From a virus: a stretch of 64,000 bases of DNA. The stretch covers positions 113,536-177,535 of IMG/VR virus record IMGVR_UViG_3300047369_000650. One strand, given 5' to 3'. The position numbers and the translations under genes are program-made. The notes below the pieces were generated by a model, which saw only the letters and a program-made list of their open reading frames with translations, made no database searches and was not told the DNA's origin. This document shows, piece after piece, positions 19,348-27,177 of the stretch. Position 1 is the first letter of the stretch. Every line of letters begins with the position of its first letter.

Positions 19348-20022
19348 ATGGAACTTAGTGACTCTACACTTTCAATTTTAAAGAATTATGCTTCGGTAAA
19401 TTCTAATCTAGTTATTAATGAAGGTAGTACGCTTCAGACTATTTCTGAAGCAAAGAATATTCTTTCAAAAGCAGAGATTAAGGAAAGTTTTCCAAAAACA
19501 TTTGGAGTTTATGATCTAAATGAATTTCTAGGTGTTTTAGGTTTAGTTGACTCGCCTCGTCTTAACTTTGAAGAAAATTATGTTATCATTGGTGATTCTA
19601 CTGGTAGATCAAAAGTAAAGTATTTTTATTCTGATACCGAAATGCTTACAACACCATCTAAAGAAGTGAAGATGCCGGATACTGATGTAAGATTTACTCT
19701 TGATGGAGATACTCTTGGTAAAGTTAAGCGAGCAGCTTCAGCTCTTGGACACAGTGAACTTCATGTCTCACCTAGCGGATCTGCAGTAAGTTTAACTGTT
19801 ACATCTTCCGAAAATTCTACAGCAAATAGTTTCTCTATTGATGTGGAAGGTAGTTCATCCAGTGATAAATACAACTTTGTCTTTAATATTTCTAATTTAA
19901 AGATTGACCAAGGAGATTATGAAGTAGAGATTTCTTCAAAATTAATTTCAAAATTTACCAAATCAGGAAGTGATCTTATGTATTGGATCGCTCTTGAAAA
20001 GACATCAACATACGGAGAATAA
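19348..20022 (+). CDS. gp45: Sliding clamp gp45
   Basis: LSDSTLSILKNYASVNSN, FGVYDLNEFL, YWIALE. Confidence 0.93.
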   Translation: MELSDSTLSILKNYASVNSNLVINEGSTLQTISEAKNILSKAEIKESFPKTFGVYDLNEFLGVLGLVDSPRLNFEENYVIIGDSTGRSKVKYFYSDTEMLTTPSKEVKMPDTDVRFTLDGDTLGKVKRAASALGHSELHVSPSGSAVSLTVTSSENSTANSFSIDVEGSSSSDKYNFVFNISNLKIDQGDYEVEISSKLISKFTKSGSDLMYWIALEKTSTYGE

Positions 20023-20025
20023 TAA

Positions 20026-20226
20026 ATGTCTGATAATGAAGATACAAAACGTGCAATGGAATTACTAAACCAAGTTTCTCGTAGCTCTATTGCTATTATT
20101 GATACTATTACTCAGAGAGGTGGTTTTCGAGGTGAAGAACTTTCCACTATCGGAAACTTACGTGATCAATGCACACAAGGTGTTCAAATCGTAGAAAGCT
20201 GGAAGCAAGAACAAGCTGAAGATTAA
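20026..20226 (+). CDS. Hypothetical protein
   Basis: 66 aa with GGAG RBS between gp45 and gp44. Confidence 0.7.
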   Translation: MSDNEDTKRAMELLNQVSRSSIAIIDTITQRGGFRGEELSTIGNLRDQCTQGVQIVESWKQEQAED

Positions 20227-20248
20227 TTCTTAAGGATAAAACTATATT

Positions 20249-21187
20249 ATGAATAATGATTTTTTATGGGTGGAAAAATACCGCCCAGCGACTATTGAAG
20301 ATACTATCCTAACACCTAATCTAAAAACAATTTTTAAGAATATTATCAAGACCGGAGAGCTGCCAAATATGCTCTTTTCTGGTACTGCCGGTCTTGGTAA
20401 GACAACCGTAGCCAAAGCGTTATGTAACGAATTGGATCTTGATTATATTTTGGTTAACGGTTCAGAAGAAGGTAATATTGATACTCTTAGAACTAAGATT
20501 AAACAATTTGCATCTTCTGTCTCCCTGCAAGGTGGGTATAAAGTAGTTATTCTTGATGAGGCTGATTACTTAAATCCCCAGAGCACCCAACCCGCCTTGC
20601 GGGGTTTTATAGAAGAATTTTCTAATAACTGTAGATTTATTCTTACCTGTAATTTTAAAAATAGAATTATTGAACCACTTCATTCACGGTGTTCTGTGTA
20701 TGAATTCAATACTTCTAAAAAAGATATGGCACCACTAGCTGCTCAAATGATGGCTAGACTTCAGAATATTCTTAAATCTGAGAATGTAGAATTTGAGAAT
20801 AAAGTTCTTGCTGAACTTATTATGAAATATGGCCCAGACTGGCGGCGTATTTTAAATGAAGCGCAAAGATATTCTATTGGTGGTAAGATTGACTCTGGTA
20901 TTCTTGTTAATATTGGAGACCAATCTTTTAAGAGTCTTATGGATTTTCTAAAAGCAAAAGATTTTAAGAAAATGCGTTCATGGGTTGTAAATAATATTGA
21001 TACCGATGCATCTTCTATCTTTAGAGGAATCTATGATAGAATGTCTGATTCTGTAAAACCACAATCTATTCCTCAAGTCGTTCTCATTCTAGCCGACTAT
21101 CAGTATAAGAATGCATTTGTAGCAGATCACGAACTTAATGTTGTGGCTTGTATGACAGAACTTATGGCAAATGTGGAGTTTCAATGA
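20249..21187 (+). CDS. gp44: Clamp loader large subunit gp44
   Basis: LWVEKYRP, GTAGLGKTT, ILDEAD, CRFILTCN, PLHSRC. Confidence 0.96.
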   Translation: MNNDFLWVEKYRPATIEDTILTPNLKTIFKNIIKTGELPNMLFSGTAGLGKTTVAKALCNELDLDYILVNGSEEGNIDTLRTKIKQFASSVSLQGGYKVVILDEADYLNPQSTQPALRGFIEEFSNNCRFILTCNFKNRIIEPLHSRCSVYEFNTSKKDMAPLAAQMMARLQNILKSENVEFENKVLAELIMKYGPDWRRILNEAQRYSIGGKIDSGILVNIGDQSFKSLMDFLKAKDFKKMRSWVVNNIDTDASSIFRGIYDRMSDSVKPQSIPQVVLILADYQYKNAFVADHELNVVACMTELMANVEFQ

Positions 21188-21297
21188 ATATAGAAATTAT
21201 AGTTTATAATATTATTTTTTGGTTTTCATATTATTGGATATGTTCTTTACCGGAACGTGTAATTCAAAAACAGATAGATGGGGCTAAAGATGTCTAA
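21184..21297 (+). CDS. Small hydrophobic peptide (37 aa)
   Basis: ATGA overlap with the gp44 stop; MNIEIIVYNIIFWFSYYWICSLPERVIQKQIDGAKDV. Confidence 0.4.
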   Translation: MNIEIIVYNIIFWFSYYWICSLPERVIQKQIDGAKDV

Positions 21298-21883
21298 TTC
21301 AATTATTTTTGACTTTGAAACATTATCTACAAATAGATATAATTGTGTTGTAGTTTCGTTGGCTGCTCTTAAGTTTTCAGAAGATAATTTTACTTCTGGA
21401 AATGGGTATTCATTTAATGAACTAGTAGAATCTGCAAAGCTTATTAAATTTGATGTTCAAGATCAAGTAAAAAATCATAATCGGGTTATTGATAAGAAAA
21501 CATTAGAATGGTGGAACGAGCAAGGTTCCGAAGCAAAGAAACAGTTAATTCCCTCCGATCGAGATCAATCTATTACAGAACTTTATGATTTCTTTATTTC
21601 TACAATTGCTGATATGACCTTTAAAAGTAAAGTATATACAAGAGGTAATAATTTTGATCCTATTATATTTGAAAATATTATGGATCAACTTCATAAACCT
21701 CATCCATATTCTTTTTGGCAACTACGAGATACTAGATCAATAATAGAAGGTCTGTCTTGGGGTAGCGGATTAAAAAATAGTTTTATGCCCGAAGGCTGCG
21801 ATAACTTTATTCATCATGATCCAATTCACGATATAGCAGTAGACGTTATGAGAATGCAAACATTAGTAAGGGCTATATCATGA
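21290..21883 (+). CDS. 3'-5' exonuclease (DEDDh, DexA-like)
   Basis: IIFDFETL, RGNNFD, RDTRS and HDPIHDIAVD motifs. Confidence 0.8.
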   Translation: MSNSIIFDFETLSTNRYNCVVVSLAALKFSEDNFTSGNGYSFNELVESAKLIKFDVQDQVKNHNRVIDKKTLEWWNEQGSEAKKQLIPSDRDQSITELYDFFISTIADMTFKSKVYTRGNNFDPIIFENIMDQLHKPHPYSFWQLRDTRSIIEGLSWGSGLKNSFMPEGCDNFIHHDPIHDIAVDVMRMQTLVRAIS

Positions 21884-22260
21884 ATCATTTTGATTATTTA
21901 AATAGTATTAACTATTCTAAAGAAAATATTATGCACGATAATCTTGATGAGAAAGCATATAATTCTTTTATGGTTAATCGTGGTTTATCTTATTTCAATG
22001 ATACAGTTATCTATGCAAATGAGATGAATAGATATGCTCATATAGATTCTAAGTTACAATATGATTTTCTCAGAACTCTAATTAGAAAACGTAAAAGATT
22101 TTCAAAGTGGACAAAGGAAGATAAAAATTCAGATATTGACTTAATAAAAGAATATTATGGCTATTCTAAAGAAAAAGCATTTCAAGTTTTGCCATTATTA
22201 TCTAAAGAACAACTTACGTTTATTAGTAAAAAGTTAAGTAAGGGTGGTAGAAAACCCTAA
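21880..22260 (+). CDS. gp62: Clamp loader small subunit gp62
   Basis: FDYLNSIN, YNSFMVNRGLSYF.DT..YANEMN, RKRKRFSKW, IKEYYGYS.EKA. Confidence 0.93.
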   Translation: MNHFDYLNSINYSKENIMHDNLDEKAYNSFMVNRGLSYFNDTVIYANEMNRYAHIDSKLQYDFLRTLIRKRKRFSKWTKEDKNSDIDLIKEYYGYSKEKAFQVLPLLSKEQLTFISKKLSKGGRKP

Positions 22261-22341
22261 AAGTTATATATTATAAATAGTTTTATCATGAAAAGAATCA
22301 TGTATTATAACTATAATAATAAATTTACGTGAGTTGAAGAT

Positions 22342-22758
22342 ATGAATGAAGTCAATAATGAGTTAGTGAAATGGACCCCAGAAACTATGTTAGAAGTTTC
22401 TCTTAATGAACCTGATGATTTTTTAAAGGTTAGAGAAACACTTACACGCATCGGCGTTGCATCTCGAAAAGAAAAGAAATTATTTCAGTCTTGCCATATA
22501 TTACATAAGCAAGGCAGATATTTTATAGTTCATTTTAAAGAACTGTTTTTATTAGATGGTAAAAAATCTAATTTAGAAGAAGGCGATGTTGCTCGTAGAA
22601 ATACAATCGCCACTCTTATGTCTGATTGGGGCTTGGTTACAATCCAAGATGAAAGTAAAGCGCAGCCTTTATCACCCTTAAGACAAATTAAAATCATTCC
22701 GTTTAAAGATAAACAGGAATGGGAACTATGTCCAAAATATAATATTGGACGTAAATAG
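22342..22758 (+). CDS. regA: Translational repressor RegA
   Basis: EPDDFLKVRETLTRIGVASRKEKKLFQSCHILHKQGRYFIVHFKELF. Confidence 0.97.
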   Translation: MNEVNNELVKWTPETMLEVSLNEPDDFLKVRETLTRIGVASRKEKKLFQSCHILHKQGRYFIVHFKELFLLDGKKSNLEEGDVARRNTIATLMSDWGLVTIQDESKAQPLSPLRQIKIIPFKDKQEWELCPKYNIGRK

Positions 22759-22793
22759 AATAGCAGCTATTCACTAGAGTAATAGCTCATCAT

Positions 22794-22861
22794 TATAAAT
22801 AATAGTGGATGCAGTTTTACTGGTCCACTATTAATTCTTGCTTGACAAAAAGGAGAAAACA
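22794..22861 (+). promoter_or_regulatory. Late promoter plus structured hsp20 leader (ROSE-like)
   Basis: TATAAATA at 22794; hairpin AGTGGA...TCCACT at 22804-22829; CTTGCT at 22837-22842 can pair with the SD AGGAG at 22851-22855. Confidence 0.6.
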
Positions 22862-23332
22862 ATGACAGGCATACAAACACTTTTTCCACGTTCATCTTTT
22901 GTTGGCTTTGACCATCTGTTTAACGAGTTAGAATATACAGCTAAACATTCAAAAGATCATTATCCTCCACATAATATTATTAAAACTGATGAGAATGATT
23001 ATCTTATTGAACTTGCTGTTGCGGGATTTTCTAAAGATGAACTATCTGTTGAGGTTAAAGATAGAACTTTAACGGTAGTGGGAGAACACGTCTCAAGGGG
23101 TCGTGAGTTTATTCACCGTGGAATTTCCACAAAGAAATTTAAACGCACATTCCGGCTGTCTGAGCACGTACAAGTGCACGGAGCAGATATTCAAGACGGC
23201 ATACTTGCAATCGAACTGAAGTATGTTGTCCCAGAAAATCAGCGTCCTCGTAAAATCAATATTGGTAAAAACGAGGAAAACAATGACACAAGCAATACTA
23301 ACAGCCCACAGTTACTCAACGAGGGCAATTGA
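22862..23332 (+). CDS. Small heat-shock protein Hsp20 (IbpA-like)
   Basis: FVGFDHLF, YPPHNII, IELAVAGF, HRGISTKKFKRTFRL, DGILAIEL; ATG at 22862 after AGGAG. Confidence 0.93.
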   Translation: MTGIQTLFPRSSFVGFDHLFNELEYTAKHSKDHYPPHNIIKTDENDYLIELAVAGFSKDELSVEVKDRTLTVVGEHVSRGREFIHRGISTKKFKRTFRLSEHVQVHGADIQDGILAIELKYVVPENQRPRKINIGKNEENNDTSNTNSPQLLNEGN

Positions 23333-23537
23333 ATCCATTATAGAAGCGTTTAGAACTTTTAAACATCATCGTTCAGAACGTAAAGTTATTAAAGCAACAG
23401 AAAGAGAATTAGGCAAATTATCGGATTATGATTTAGCAGATATTGGTCTTACACGTGGTGACATTTATACTGTTGCCCGCCGTAAATCAACTATCGAAAA
23501 CGCTAGAACTAATAACAATCTAAGAGGTTGGGTCTAA
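23283..23537 (+). CDS. DUF1127 family small protein
   Basis: RKVIKATERELGKLSDYDLADIGLTRGDI matches the DUF1127 core; GAGG RBS before ATG 23283. Confidence 0.8.
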   Translation: MTQAILTAHSYSTRAIESIIEAFRTFKHHRSERKVIKATERELGKLSDYDLADIGLTRGDIYTVARRKSTIENARTNNNLRGWV

Positions 23538-23713
23538 TGACAGCTTTAGTAGCAAACTATGTCTTCTCACCCTTGTCGGGTTTGTGGTCTTCATTCGATC
23601 GGTTTACGCAGACGATTGGATACTCCAGAGCGGCAGCGGAGCTCGCAAGAATGGGGCTTCACGAGGAGTCTCGGAAGTGCATGATGGAAATACAAAAATT
23701 ACATGATAATTAG
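23537..23713 (+). CDS. Small protein, possibly DUF1127-related
   Basis: 58 aa, GYSRAAAELARMG motif, coupled to the previous gene (TAATG). Confidence 0.6.
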   Translation: MTALVANYVFSPLSGLWSSFDRFTQTIGYSRAAAELARMGLHEESRKCMMEIQKLHDN

Positions 23714-23720
23714 TAATCCA

Positions 23721-23789
23721 TATAAATAAGCACAGAGGGCGGGAGATCGCCCTCTTAGTCACACACAACACACAAAATAGGAGATGTAA
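23721..23789 (+). promoter_or_regulatory. Late promoter, 5' hairpin and CA-rich leader
   Basis: TATAAATA, then AGAGGGCG-GGAGAT-CGCCCTCT, then CACACACAACACACAAAATAGGAGA. Confidence 0.6.
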
Positions 23790-23990
23790 ATGATTTTTAC
23801 ATACAAACAATTTATGGACCATAATAAAACTTTCTATGAAGAAATGGTCGACTTAAAAGTAGCCGGATGGGATACTTTTAGCAAAGCAGCAAATGCTTAC
23901 ACTTTTAACTTTTATAAAGATCAACTTAAAGCTATGGACGAAGCTGTTCATAAGCTTGCAACAGATATGAAGGGTTACGTCAATGACTAA
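23790..23990 (+). CDS. Hypothetical helical protein
   Basis: 66 aa with strong AGGAG RBS. Confidence 0.7.
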   Translation: MIFTYKQFMDHNKTFYEEMVDLKVAGWDTFSKAANAYTFNFYKDQLKAMDEAVHKLATDMKGYVND

Positions 23991-24204
23991 TAAGAACCCA
24001 TTTGAAATTAGAGCAGACATGCTCAAACTAGCAAAAGATTACATGGATCAGCAGTATAGTATGAATGTACAGCTGATGAATGATATGTACGAACAAGGCA
24101 AGAAAAACTACGAAGAAGTACAAGAAGCATATAAAATGTATTCTATGGATGATTTAATGAATAAAGCAAAAGAAATGTATTCTTTTGTATCAGATAAAAA
24201 ATAG
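23983..24204 (+). CDS. Hypothetical protein
   Basis: 73 aa, KNPFEIRADMLKLAKDY motif, overlaps the previous gene. Confidence 0.7.
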   Translation: MTNKNPFEIRADMLKLAKDYMDQQYSMNVQLMNDMYEQGKKNYEEVQEAYKMYSMDDLMNKAKEMYSFVSDKK

Positions 24205-24212
24205 GGAAAAAT

Positions 24213-25268
24213 ATGAAAAAATTTTTAGTTTTTATTACTGCAGCCATGATGGCTACTACTGTCTTTGCGGCAGATAAAGTAAAAGTCGGATTTATTTATG
24301 TTGGACCAACCGGGGATCATGGTTGGACATATAGACATGATATCGGTCGTCAACAGGTAGAAAACGAATTTGGTGACCGTGTTGAAACCACATTTGTTGA
24401 AAGTGTTCCAGAAGGAGCTGATGCTGAACGTGTATTAACACAAATGGCAATGCAAGGAGCTGACATTATCTTTGCTACATCTTTCGGTTATATGGATCCA
24501 GTAATGAACGTGGCTGAAAAATTTCCAGATGTAAAATTTGAACACGCAACTGGTTATAAAATGTCCGATAATGTTGCTAACTACGGATTACGTTTATATC
24601 AAGCTAGGCATGTTCAAGGCGTTATTGCAGGTATGATGACAAAAACCAATAAGATTTGTTATGTCGCCTCGTTCCCAATTCCAGAAGTTATGCGTGAAAT
24701 TAATACATATTATTTAGGTGCAAAGAAGTATAATCCTGATGTAGAGATTGCTATTACATGGGTATACACGTGGTATGATCCAGGTAAAGAAAAAGATGCT
24801 GCAGTAGCTATGATTCAACAGGGTTGTGATGTATTAGCACAGCATACGGATTCCCCCGCGCCTTTACAGGCAGCACAAGAAGCCGGTATTGTAGGATTTG
24901 GCCAAGCATCAGATCAAGCTAAGTTTGCGCCAAAAGCACAGTTGACGGCATCTATTGATAACTGGGGCCCATATTATATCGCTAAAGTAGGTCAAGTACT
25001 TGATGGTACATGGACATCAGGTGATTATTTTGGTACTATGGACGAAGGTGCAGTTCAAATGGCACCGTTTGCAAATATGCCACCTATGATAGCTGAAGAA
25101 GCTCAACGTATTAAGAATGCTATTTCTAGCGGAGAACTTCATGGTTTCACTGGTCCGATTAATAAGCAAGATGGAACACCATTCTTAGCAGAAGGTGAAG
25201 TTGCAACTCGTGCTCAACTAGATACAATGATGTTCTATGTTGAAGGTATTGACGCAAAGATGCCTTAA
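24213..25268 (+). CDS. BMP-family ABC transporter substrate-binding protein
   Basis: Signal peptide, then KVGFIYVGPTGDHGWTYRHDIGR, IIFATSFGY, KFEHATG, WYDPGKE, QHTDSPAP. Confidence 0.93.
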   Translation: MKKFLVFITAAMMATTVFAADKVKVGFIYVGPTGDHGWTYRHDIGRQQVENEFGDRVETTFVESVPEGADAERVLTQMAMQGADIIFATSFGYMDPVMNVAEKFPDVKFEHATGYKMSDNVANYGLRLYQARHVQGVIAGMMTKTNKICYVASFPIPEVMREINTYYLGAKKYNPDVEIAITWVYTWYDPGKEKDAAVAMIQQGCDVLAQHTDSPAPLQAAQEAGIVGFGQASDQAKFAPKAQLTASIDNWGPYYIAKVGQVLDGTWTSGDYFGTMDEGAVQMAPFANMPPMIAEEAQRIKNAISSGELHGFTGPINKQDGTPFLAEGEVATRAQLDTMMFYVEGIDAKMP

Positions 25269-25347
25269 TCGGTGCCCGATTGGATAATACTAGCAGGGCT
25301 ATCTCTAACTTTGACGGCCCTGTTTCTCATTTTTGATAGGAAAAACG

Positions 25348-25638
25348 ATGATTAGTTTTATTTACAGTAGTTGGAATGTGGTGATGGATCACAATCTCAA
25401 TCCATTAAGTAATATTCCGGATTTAAATACACGACATATGATTATGCAAGTATTAGCATGGATGTGGTGTATTGTATTTGGTATTCTTGTAGGAAGTATG
25501 TGGGCAGGTCTTTATAGTATGATAGCACATTCATTGTTGTTAGGTGCTATTGCTATTACTGTGGCTACATTTGAAATGGCCAAACGTAAGCCATACGGTT
25601 TTTACAGCGGCAGGGGTCCTGGTGGCGAGCACGAATAA
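25348..25638 (+). CDS. Hypothetical membrane protein
   Basis: Two hydrophobic segments; NPLSNIPDLNTRHMIMQVLAWMWCIVF. Confidence 0.7.
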   Translation: MISFIYSSWNVVMDHNLNPLSNIPDLNTRHMIMQVLAWMWCIVFGILVGSMWAGLYSMIAHSLLLGAIAITVATFEMAKRKPYGFYSGRGPGGEHE

Positions 25639-25646
25639 TAACTCAT

Positions 25647-25826
25647 ATGCATATAATAAGAAATAAAGAAGGCGATATTATTGCACTATCTTCAAAAAAG
25701 GAAGATGCTATTAATATTGCCGATAAAAAAATGGATAAAGCTGATTATATTTTGGAAGAAATATTAGACAGCATACAACTTAGAGAAATTTACAGAGTTT
25801 ATTACGGAAAAATAAATAATGACTGA
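25647..25826 (+). CDS. Hypothetical protein (59 aa)
   Basis: MHIIRNKEGDIIALSSKKEDAINIAD...; fills the gap and overlaps the next start. Confidence 0.55.
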   Translation: MHIIRNKEGDIIALSSKKEDAINIADKKMDKADYILEEILDSIQLREIYRVYYGKINND

Positions 25827-26025
25827 TGAAGAAGTAAGAGCTGCAGCTCAGAAAGAAGCGGAAAAAACATTTGCTGATTTTATGCTTTGGAGTAAAAGAA
25901 CCACATATGCTGCAATTGCAATGCTTTTAATTGTAGCATCATGTAACTTTGGGGTAGAGGACGACACCTATCCTGCCTATAACGGCGAACAATATAATCC
26001 GTCCAATCTTAATGTAAAGAAATAA
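25819..26025 (+). CDS. aa3-type cytochrome c oxidase subunit IV-like membrane peptide
   Basis: AEKTFADFMLWSKRTTYAAIAMLLIVASCN resembles the Q.KTF.GF...TM pattern of Rhodobacteraceae subunit IV. Confidence 0.5.
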   Translation: MTDEEVRAAAQKEAEKTFADFMLWSKRTTYAAIAMLLIVASCNFGVEDDTYPAYNGEQYNPSNLNVKK

Positions 26026-26039
26026 AGATAGGAAAATCT

Positions 26040-26456
26040 ATGAAGAATCTAATTATAGCAAGTATTATGGCACTTCTCACTACTTCAGTATTTGCTGAAG
26101 ATATAACAATTGAAATGTTAAATAAACGTGAAGATGGCGCTAAGATGGTATATTCTCAAGACATTGCACGTATTGATGTAGGAGATACAATTACTTGGGT
26201 ACCGACACAAAAAGGACATAATGTAGAATTTATTGCAGGTCCTGATGGATGGAAAGCGCCAAAAAAATCAAAACTTAGCAAAGAAGTTTCTATTACTTTT
26301 GACACACCAGGAGTGTATCTATATCAATGTTCACCACATAAAACAATGGGTATGATTGCTATTGTGGTAGTAGGCGATGGAGACAATGATATCTCAAAGG
26401 CTAAAGTAAAAGGTAAGTCAAAAAAAGTATTTAAGGCTTTATTGGCTGAACTATAA
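26040..26456 (+). CDS. Pseudoazurin (type-1 blue copper protein)
   Basis: Signal peptide; IEMLNK, GDTITW, GHNVEF, YLYQCSPHKTMGM supply the His/Cys/His/Met ligands. Confidence 0.92.
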   Translation: MKNLIIASIMALLTTSVFAEDITIEMLNKREDGAKMVYSQDIARIDVGDTITWVPTQKGHNVEFIAGPDGWKAPKKSKLSKEVSITFDTPGVYLYQCSPHKTMGMIAIVVVGDGDNDISKAKVKGKSKKVFKALLAEL

Positions 26457-26863
26457 TGATTAAAAAACTAGTTAACAAAATCCCAGAGTTTTGTATGACT
26501 CATTGGTTACTTAGAATACCTCTTATTGTTGTATTTTTGCAGCAAGGGCTTTCTAAGTGGCCTATTGATGTAAATGATTCTCCAGTAGAATTAACACTAT
26601 TAGTTTGGACATTCGTTGTACTAGGCGAGCTAGGTGGTGCCATCGGTCTTATTGTTGGTGGTATATTAGATTATATTAAAAAACTAAAAGAGTTTGGTGA
26701 TATTATTACACGTTTCTCCGGTATTACTATGGCAAGTATTATGACTGGAGTTATTTGGACTGGAGAACCCGAAAGCTTTACTGATGTGTTATTATATGAT
26801 AATCTTCATGTATTACTATGGGTAGGCTGTATGTACTTTGCCCTTAGAGGTAATCGTTCGTGA
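26456..26863 (+). CDS. DoxX-family membrane protein
   Basis: LLRIPLIVVFLQQGLSKW and GELGGAIGLIVG; four hydrophobic segments. Confidence 0.75.
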   Translation: MIKKLVNKIPEFCMTHWLLRIPLIVVFLQQGLSKWPIDVNDSPVELTLLVWTFVVLGELGGAIGLIVGGILDYIKKLKEFGDIITRFSGITMASIMTGVIWTGEPESFTDVLLYDNLHVLLWVGCMYFALRGNRS

Positions 26864-27125
26864 ATCCACAAAAGCGTACTGTTTACATTATGCTATGGAC
26901 TTGTGTTATATTTCACTTTGTGATTATACCTATCTGGATGTGGAGTCTAGGGTTATAGTAAGATATAAAAGATTTATTAAATGGTACCGTGTTCTTAGAA
27001 AAGACGGTAATACCATGGGCGTATGTAATGTAGGTCCATGGTATAGTCGTTATAGTAAGCTCAATTGTATATGCTGGGCTTGGGCTAATTCTGGTACGCA
27101 CACTATAGATGGTAAAAATTTATAG

Positions 27126-27154
27126 TTTACAAACATCTCATAATATGTTATAAT
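27126..27154 (+). promoter_or_regulatory. Sigma70-type promoter for gp43
   Basis: TTTACA-N17-TATAAT. Confidence 0.8.
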
Positions 27155-27177
27155 AATTCCAACTGGAGGTTATTAAT

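Noticed and set aside
26838-27125. 95-aa ORF between DoxX and gp43
   Set aside because: The region probably holds one or two short ORFs, but starts and frames could not be fixed with confidence, so it was left unannotated.
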